DNA of 64,000 nucleotides from an uncultured Candidatus Saccharibacteria bacterium. GTDB lineage: Bacteria > Patescibacteriota > Minisyncoccia > UBA6257 > JACOXY01. The translations under genes were made by a program, and so were the position numbers. Each line of letters begins with the position of its first letter. Within the stretch, counting starts at the first letter, position 1. Below the pieces are notes generated by a model. The model saw nothing but the letters and a program-made list of their open reading frames with translations. It did not search any database and was not told the origin of the DNA. The stretch lies in assembly GCA_964357615.1 (NCBI GenBank), contig CAYHMC010000001.1, positions 66,602 through 130,601 on the forward strand, read 5' to 3'. Shown piece after piece: positions 58,085 to 64,000 of the stretch.

Positions 58085-59446
58085 TTAGTATTCTGAAGTG
58101 TGATGCTGATCTATATTTTTAAAAGATACTTTCTCTGGATCCCATTTAAGCTTAACTGTCCCAAGGGGTCCATTTCTGTGTTTTGCTATTATAATTTCAG
58201 CAATATTTTGTTCCTCTGGTGGAAGAGTAGCTATGTCTCGGTCTTTTCTATATATAAACATAACTAAATCAGCATCCTGTTCAATTGAGCCGGAGTCTCG
58301 CAAGTCAGCCAGTTTCGGCACCTTTATTTCTCTGTGTTCAACAGTTCTGGATAGCTGTGATAATGCTATTATCGGGACATTTAATTCTCTTGCTAAAGTT
58401 TTTAAACCTCTTGATACTTCGGTTATTTGAGCAACGACATTATCAGAGTTTGTTCGCGGAGTAATTAATTGTAGATAATCAACGATAATTAAACCTAACC
58501 CATGTTCAATTTGCATTCGTCTAGCCATAGACCTCATTTGTAATATATTTGGAGAGGCTGAATCGTCAATAAAAATTGGTGCGTTTGAAAGTCTATCCAA
58601 TGCCTCTTGAATCATTTGAAAATCAACATCGTCTGTAATGCGTCCAGTTCGGAGCTTCCACAATGGCACATCTGATTCGGCCGCTATAAAACGATCTATA
58701 ACCTGTTCTTTTGCCATTTCTAACGAAAATATGCCAACAGGTATAGCTGATTTTGATGCAACGCTTCTTGCTATGTCGAGCGCCAAAGATGTTTTACCAA
58801 GTGATGGTCTAGCACCTAAAACTATAAAGTCGGATGGTTGTAAGCCAGATGTGATATTATCTAATCCAGAAAAACCGGTTGATATTCCACGAAGTCTACC
58901 TTCTCCTTGATGCAGTCGTTCAATTCGTTCGTAGGCGCCCTGCAGTTCTTCTCTAATATGAGAAAACTTTTTTGTTATTGATTTTTGAGAAATTGCTAAA
59001 ACTCTTTGTTCGATGTCGTCTAAAAATTGAGCTGTTTCTCCAGAAAAACCAAAAGCATGTTCTGCAATTTCAGATGAAGTACTGATAAGATCTCGTAGCA
59101 CTTTTTTTTCACGAACAATATTAGCGTAGTGAACTGCGTGAGCTGCCGTTGCCACTCCATTAACTAATTCTGCTAAATAAGAAGTGCCACCAACATCGCT
59201 TAATGTTCCTTTTTCTCGCAAAAATGTTGTTAGACTAAGGAGGTCGATAGGTTGATTTTTTTGATAGAGCTCAAGTATCGCTCCATATATTTTCTCATGA
59301 GATGGCTTATAAAAATCAGATGGTGTTATAAGGTCAGCAACATTAACAATCGTTACTTTATCAATTAAAAGTGAGCCCAACACAGATTGCTCAGCTTCAA
59401 GATTTTGAGGAGGTAATTTAAGTTTTTCTTTTGTTGATTTTGCCAT
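58085..59446 (-). CDS. dnaB: Replicative DNA helicase DnaB
   Basis: N-terminal EAEQSVLGSLLID, Walker A GARPSLGKTS, and RecA-like fold motifs. Confidence 0.95.
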   Translation of the reverse strand: MAKSTKEKLKLPPQNLEAEQSVLGSLLIDKVTIVNVADLITPSDFYKPSHEKIYGAILELYQKNQPIDLLSLTTFLREKGTLSDVGGTSYLAELVNGVATAAHAVHYANIVREKKVLRDLISTSSEIAEHAFGFSGETAQFLDDIEQRVLAISQKSITKKFSHIREELQGAYERIERLHQGEGRLRGISTGFSGLDNITSGLQPSDFIVLGARPSLGKTSLALDIARSVASKSAIPVGIFSLEMAKEQVIDRFIAAESDVPLWKLRTGRITDDVDFQMIQEALDRLSNAPIFIDDSASPNILQMRSMARRMQIEHGLGLIIVDYLQLITPRTNSDNVVAQITEVSRGLKTLARELNVPIIALSQLSRTVEHREIKVPKLADLRDSGSIEQDADLVMFIYRKDRDIATLPPEEQNIAEIIIAKHRNGPLGTVKLKWDPEKVSFKNIDQHHTSEY

Positions 59447-59451
59447 CTAAA

Positions 59452-60849
59452 TTATTTTGGCCATAATAAAGGTCCAAAAGGTGTGTCGTCTACTGTATAT
59501 CCTAACCCATCCAATTCTTTTCTCAATAGGTCAGATTTCGCAAATTGTTTATTACCTCTGAATAACTCACGGCGAACCCCCAATTTTATAACCTTACTGG
59601 GTATTTCTGGTAATTTAGTCTTAAAACCTAACAATTTAAGGTGATTCGTGATAAATTTAGCGAGATTTTTACCATCTTCTCGATTTATTGTAAAAACCTT
59701 AGCTTGGTATTTGTTGATTAAAAGATGCAAAGAGGCTATGGCTTTGGGAGTGTTAAAGTCATTCTGTAGGGATTCATTGAAATCATTTTTAGTAAACAAT
59801 ATATCTTCTCGTATTTGATTTATTGGTTTATTACTTAGGCTTGATTTTGAATTACTTTTTTTGATATTTAGTTTTGCAAGAAATTGGAGCAAATTTGACC
59901 ACTGTTCTTTAGTTTGAAAAACTAATTCATCACTGTACTCAATAGGGGAGCGATAATGATGGTTTAACGATATAAGACGCAAGATATTTGGATCATTAGT
60001 CTTTAAAAAATCTTTAACAGTTAAAAAAGCTCCATTACTTTTTGACATTTTATTACCTTTTGAATTTAAAAATCCTGAGTGCATCCAAATTTTTACAAAA
60101 GGCTTTTTTTCTGATGCTGCTTCCTGTTGTGCTAACTCGGCTTCATGGTGCGGAAATATTAAATCGATTGCAGCTCCGTGAATGTCATATTGGGGACCAA
60201 AAAATTTCTCTGTTATAGCAGTGTCTTCAATGTGCCATCCGGGGCGACCATTTCCTAAAGCAGTTTTCCAAAATGGCTCTCCATCTTTATAAAATTTCCA
60301 TAATGCAAAATCACCTCTATTTTTTTTACCAACCGATTCATCAATTCTGCTTACTGAATCTTCCGCCTGAAGAACTGTTCTCTTCGAAAGCTTTCCGTAA
60401 TCTGCAAATTTTGTGATATCAAAATAATAACCATCATTTTCAATTTTATAAGCATAATTTTTTTCTATAAGAGTCTGAATTTGCTTAACTATCTCCTTTA
60501 TATGGGCAGTGGCTCTAATGTGTTTTGTTACTGAGTTAATACCAAGCGATTTTTCATCCAATAGATATTCTTTTTCAAATTTGCGAGCAATTTGCTTAAC
60601 ATTCATACCACTTTCTTTGGCCCTACTTATAATTTTATCATCAATGTCTGTGATATTTTGTAAATAATAAACTTTATATCCAACGGCACGCAAATAACGA
60701 GCAAAAGCATCGAATATTAGATATGTTCGAGCGTTACCTATGTGAATATAATCATAAACGGTTGGTCCACAAACAAACAGTTTTATATTTTGTTTGTTTA
60801 GTAATTCTAATTCCTCTTTTTGATTTGATAATGTATTGAAAATTTTCAT
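59452..60849 (-). CDS. cysS: Cysteinyl-tRNA synthetase
   Basis: CGPTVYDYIHIGN (HIGH), KMSKS, and the Zn-binding Cys. Confidence 0.95.
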   Translation of the reverse strand: MKIFNTLSNQKEELELLNKQNIKLFVCGPTVYDYIHIGNARTYLIFDAFARYLRAVGYKVYYLQNITDIDDKIISRAKESGMNVKQIARKFEKEYLLDEKSLGINSVTKHIRATAHIKEIVKQIQTLIEKNYAYKIENDGYYFDITKFADYGKLSKRTVLQAEDSVSRIDESVGKKNRGDFALWKFYKDGEPFWKTALGNGRPGWHIEDTAITEKFFGPQYDIHGAAIDLIFPHHEAELAQQEAASEKKPFVKIWMHSGFLNSKGNKMSKSNGAFLTVKDFLKTNDPNILRLISLNHHYRSPIEYSDELVFQTKEQWSNLLQFLAKLNIKKSNSKSSLSNKPINQIREDILFTKNDFNESLQNDFNTPKAIASLHLLINKYQAKVFTINREDGKNLAKFITNHLKLLGFKTKLPEIPSKVIKLGVRRELFRGNKQFAKSDLLRKELDGLGYTVDDTPFGPLLWPK

Positions 60850-60915
60850 TTGAGACAGTCAATTATTATATTATGTAAGTATATATCATATTTATGATAT
60901 AATTAAACAAATATT

Positions 60916-61359
60916 ATGACATTAGAAAGTTCAGAATTTTTTAATAATGAAAAAATGCCATCAAGGTTCACTTGTGACAATGCGAATGTTAGTCCACCAC
61001 TTACGATAATTGAACCACCCCCAGAAGCCCAAAGCCTAGTTCTTTTAATGGAAGATTTGGATTCCGAGGGTTCACCATGGTTGCATTGGTTAGTTTGGGA
61101 TATAAATCCCTTAATTTCGGAAATTCAAGAAGATGAAGCGCCTGACGGTGCAGTGGAAGGAATGACTAGTTTTGGAACAACTGGTTATGGTGGTCCATGT
61201 CCTAAAACTGGAACCCATCGATATGTTTTTCGTCTTATTGCGATTGATACAGTTCTTGGCCTTACATCAGAGTCTCAACTCGATGAAGTTCATGTAGCAA
61301 TGGACGGCCATATCATAGAAGAAGCGGAACCATTAGTTGTGTATTATACAAGAGAATAA
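60916..61359 (+). CDS. PEBP-family YbhB/YbcL-like protein
   Basis: GGPCPKTGTHRYVFRLIAID, a PEBP hallmark. Confidence 0.85.
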   Translation: MTLESSEFFNNEKMPSRFTCDNANVSPPLTIIEPPPEAQSLVLLMEDLDSEGSPWLHWLVWDINPLISEIQEDEAPDGAVEGMTSFGTTGYGGPCPKTGTHRYVFRLIAIDTVLGLTSESQLDEVHVAMDGHIIEEAEPLVVYYTRE

Positions 61360-61377
61360 TAGAACTTTTTACTACTT

Positions 61378-62838
61378 TTACTTTATATCAATATCCAAAT
61401 TTACATCTATAATACCTTCAGAAGTATTTTTTAACCTAAGTCCATTTGGAATAATCAACTTTGAAATAGTTGATGTTGATTTGTTGCCTCTAATTATAAT
61501 CGCTTCGGTAGATAGAGTGGTTTTTCCATTGTAAGTTTCAGGTACTAAAACATCCACAACTTCTGGATTAATATTTATTCGAACTATATCGTATCCAGGC
61601 AAAAGATTTTTGATTATATTGGGAACAACTCGCATCTCAATACTTTTAACGGGTCGCGCAATTATATTAATTTCGCGTGGATCAATATTCACTACCGAAA
61701 AATTTCTCGGTATTGCTATTTCTTTATCTGTAACAACAATGTCTTGAGAGCCAGTAATTAATTTTGACGCATCTATAACGACAGACAAAGATTTTGTGTC
61801 CAATAAATCAAATGCGTGTAAACCTCTGGCTTCAAGTGTAATTGTAGAGGTTTCTGGGTATGTTGACTCTATAAGTATATTTTCTCCAATATTTTGATAT
61901 GTAATTGGAACTGTGAATTCCCTTTGAGTTGTTGCAGCTTGAAACGAAAAGAAAAACCAGAATACTACGGCGAGTGAAAGCGATAATAATTTTTCAGGTG
62001 AGTTATATTTAATTAAACCCTCCGCTGTTGTATAACTTTGTTTTGGGAATGTTTCGGAAAGAAACTGACTAAGCGGTTCGCTTAAATCCTTTGATTTTTT
62101 GAGAGTTTTAAGAATACCTTTATGCACATAAGAAACTTCACCTCTTTCTTCTGAAACCACAATAACAAAAGCATCTGAAACCTCTGACAAACCAAGAGCT
62201 GCGCTGTGTCTTGTGCCTCTTTTACCAATCTGAGCAAAATCATGTGATAAAGGAAGATGTCCACCAAAAATTGCTGCACGATTACCACTTATAACTAAGG
62301 CGCCATCATGACCAATACTTGCCGGATCAAATAAGCTTAGTAGCAATTCTTCTGACACTACTCCATCTAACACTCTTCCACCATTAATATATTTTGTAAC
62401 TGGGTCGTGCCCTTGCATTACAATTAGTGCGCCAATTTTATCCATCGCCATTTTTCCTACCGCATCTAAAATATCCTTTACACTGGATGATCCAGTGGTT
62501 TGAGTTCCACCCTTAATTTGTCTTGTACTCCAGATCGCTAATTGTTCAAAAAAACGCCTAAGCTCTTCTTGAAATATTACAACTAATGCAATAAAAAAGA
62601 CGCCCCAAAATGCCTGAAAAACAATTGAGGTTAAATAAAGTCCGAATGTTTGTGCAATTGGATAAAGCGCAATAATAATTCCGAAACCCGCAGCTACATA
62701 GAAAGAGCGAGTTTGTTTAAAAAGAAAAATTATAAAATAAATAAGCATTGCAATAATAAGCACATCAAAAAAATCTGCAATAAAAAGATTGCTTAATAAT
62801 TTTGTGGCGAAACTAAGTTGAGCAAAAAGGTTCGGCAT
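61378..62838 (-). CDS. cdaA: Diadenylate cyclase CdaA (3 TM plus DAC domain) fused to a C-terminal CdaR/YbbR-like repeat region via an extra TM
   Basis: DAC motifs DGALVISGNRAAIFGGHLPLS and GTRHSAALG. The 486-aa length is about 200 aa longer than standalone CdaA. The C-terminus carries YbbR-like beta repeats. Confidence 0.75.
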   Translation of the reverse strand: MPNLFAQLSFATKLLSNLFIADFFDVLIIAMLIYFIIFLFKQTRSFYVAAGFGIIIALYPIAQTFGLYLTSIVFQAFWGVFFIALVVIFQEELRRFFEQLAIWSTRQIKGGTQTTGSSSVKDILDAVGKMAMDKIGALIVMQGHDPVTKYINGGRVLDGVVSEELLLSLFDPASIGHDGALVISGNRAAIFGGHLPLSHDFAQIGKRGTRHSAALGLSEVSDAFVIVVSEERGEVSYVHKGILKTLKKSKDLSEPLSQFLSETFPKQSYTTAEGLIKYNSPEKLLSLSLAVVFWFFFSFQAATTQREFTVPITYQNIGENILIESTYPETSTITLEARGLHAFDLLDTKSLSVVIDASKLITGSQDIVVTDKEIAIPRNFSVVNIDPREINIIARPVKSIEMRVVPNIIKNLLPGYDIVRININPEVVDVLVPETYNGKTTLSTEAIIIRGNKSTSTISKLIIPNGLRLKNTSEGIIDVNLDIDIK

Positions 62839-62916
62839 TGAAATATTTGTTAATTCTTATATAAATTTTAACATATTATGATATAATTATTAAATAATAA
62901 TTACTTCAATTAAAAT

Positions 62917-64000
62917 ATGAATTTAGCCGATGAACTTAAAAAAATTATAAAGGGAGAAGTTGTGACAGATGAAAAAATCCTAGACGAAATGAGTCGAGAC
63001 GCTGGTCTTCTTGTTGTAAAACCAGCCGTGGTTGTGTACCCAAAAGATGTAAATGATTTAAAAAATTTAGTTAAATTTGTAGGTGAGAATAAAAAATCAA
63101 ACAAAGAACTTTCCTTAACTTCAAGGTCAGCTGGAACCGATATGTCTGGCGGTCCACTAAACGAATCAATTATTGTAAATTTCACTAAATACTTTACAAA
63201 CTTTAGAATGAAAGATTCAAATAGTGTTATTGCTGAACCTGGGCTATATTATCGAATTTTTGAAAAAGAAATGCTTAGGTACGGATTAATTTTCCCATCT
63301 TATCCAGCATCAAAATCTATCTGTGCTATTGGTGGAATTGTGAACAACAATTCTGGAGGGGAAAAAACACTTAAATACGGAAAAACAGAAAATTTTATTG
63401 AGGGAATTAGCATGGTGTTAAGCGATGGGAATGAATATAATTTCCATGCTTTAAATGAAGAAGGATTGAAATCTAAAATGAAGCAGAAGGATTTTGAAGG
63501 AGAAATTTACAAAAATATGTATAAGCTTATAACAAAAAACTATAAACTTATAACAGAAGCGAAGCCCGATGTTACTAAAAATTCTGCTGGATATTTACTT
63601 TGGAATGTTTATAACAAAGAAGAGGGAATTTTTGATTTAACACAAATTTTTGTTGGCGCACAAGGCACTCTAGGAATTATGAAAGACGCAACAATTAGAT
63701 TAGTCCCAATTAAAAAGAGAGCTAGAATGTTAGTGATATTTTTGAACGATGTAAAAAAACTTAAAGATTTAATACCGATAATACTTAAAACTAACCCAGA
63801 AAGTTTTGAGACATATGACGATAACACTCTTAAGCTAGCCATGCGTTTTTTTCCGTCATTTGCAAAAATTCTTGGCGCCAAAAATCTTGTAAGAATTGCG
63901 TTCAGTTTTTTGCCAGAGTTTTTTATGTTACTTCGTGGCGGATTACCTAAACTAATTTTGCAAGTTGAATTTTCTGGAGATGATAATGGGGAGTTAGATG
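62917..64000 (+). CDS. FAD-linked oxidoreductase (GlcD/D-lactate dehydrogenase-like, FAD_binding_4). 3'-partial: it runs off the window end.
   Basis: My own translation from ATG 62917 gives MNLADELKKIIKGEVVTDEKILDEMSRDAGLL...LTSRSAGTDMSGGPLNESIIV with no stop before 64000. It is absent from the ORF track because it has no in-window stop. Confidence 0.75.
   Translation, partial: MNLADELKKIIKGEVVTDEKILDEMSRDAGLLVVKPAVVVYPKDVNDLKNLVKFVGENKKSNKELSLTSRSAGTDMSGGPLNESIIVNFTKYFTNFRMKDSNSVIAEPGLYYRIFEKEMLRYGLIFPSYPASKSICAIGGIVNNNSGGEKTLKYGKTENFIEGISMVLSDGNEYNFHALNEEGLKSKMKQKDFEGEIYKNMYKLITKNYKLITEAKPDVTKNSAGYLLWNVYNKEEGIFDLTQIFVGAQGTLGIMKDATIRLVPIKKRARMLVIFLNDVKKLKDLIPIILKTNPESFETYDDNTLKLAMRFFPSFAKILGAKNLVRIAFSFLPEFFMLLRGGLPKLILQVEFSGDDNGELD

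Noticed and set aside
62910-63881. Minus-strand track ORFs 62910-63185 and 63609-63881.
   Set aside because: They are antisense to a clear plus-strand FAD-linked oxidoreductase gene (ATG 62917, open to the window end). That gene is missing from the track only because it has no stop within the window.
1-64000. CRISPR array or mobile element (transposase or integrase) search.
   Set aside because: No regularly spaced direct repeats were found. The 38-nt repeat occurs only twice, flanking a gene. No ORF carries DDE, tyrosine recombinase or serine recombinase motifs.

Overview
This is a low-GC (~35%) bacterial chromosomal segment that looks like a Candidate Phyla Radiation / Patescibacteria genome. 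The genes are compact and many encode small hypothetical membrane or secreted proteins. There is a type IV pilin fused to a LamG domain, and there are giant Ser/Thr-rich surface proteins. Metabolism is minimal (pgk, a PGI/PMI-like isomerase, a ROK-type kinase, and purF-like, glmS and ddl genes). I support about 80 CDSs, mostly housekeeping: dnaX, pyrG, pgk, leuS, glmS, proS, cysS, dnaB, recR, mreB, PBP2, ddl, rsmE, ctpA, rseP, FKBP, and ribosomal proteins L9, L21 and L27. Two RNA genes are absent from the ORF track: tRNA-Gln(UUG) on the minus strand at 3784-3854, and RNase P RNA (rnpB) on the minus strand at about 28290-28697, identified by its conserved P4 strands. I found no rRNA, no CRISPR array and no recognisable transposase or integrase. 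The most unusual locus is a GC-rich (~48%) cassette of about 600 bp directly beside rnpB (28724-29360). It has a consensus sigma70 promoter, two textbook SD-ATG starts and a strong terminator, and it encodes a His-rich protein of about 101 aa and a cationic Cys-rich protein of 65 aa, neither of which I recognise. Other items worth a second look: a VirD4/TraG-like coupling ATPase with two acidic partner proteins; a standalone Cas4-like PD-(D/E)XK nuclease; a CdaA-YbbR fusion (a c-di-AMP cyclase fused to YbbR-like repeats); a protein with a HEPN-like Rx4H motif at the window start; a minimal polbeta-type nucleotidyltransferase in a cluster of unknown genes; an orphan compact TrpC-like protein; 38-bp direct repeats that exactly flank an EamA transporter gene; and a structured or MITE-like inverted-repeat element in the leader of a DsbA-like gene. 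All calls come from reading the sequence and from motif recall. I ran no database searches.
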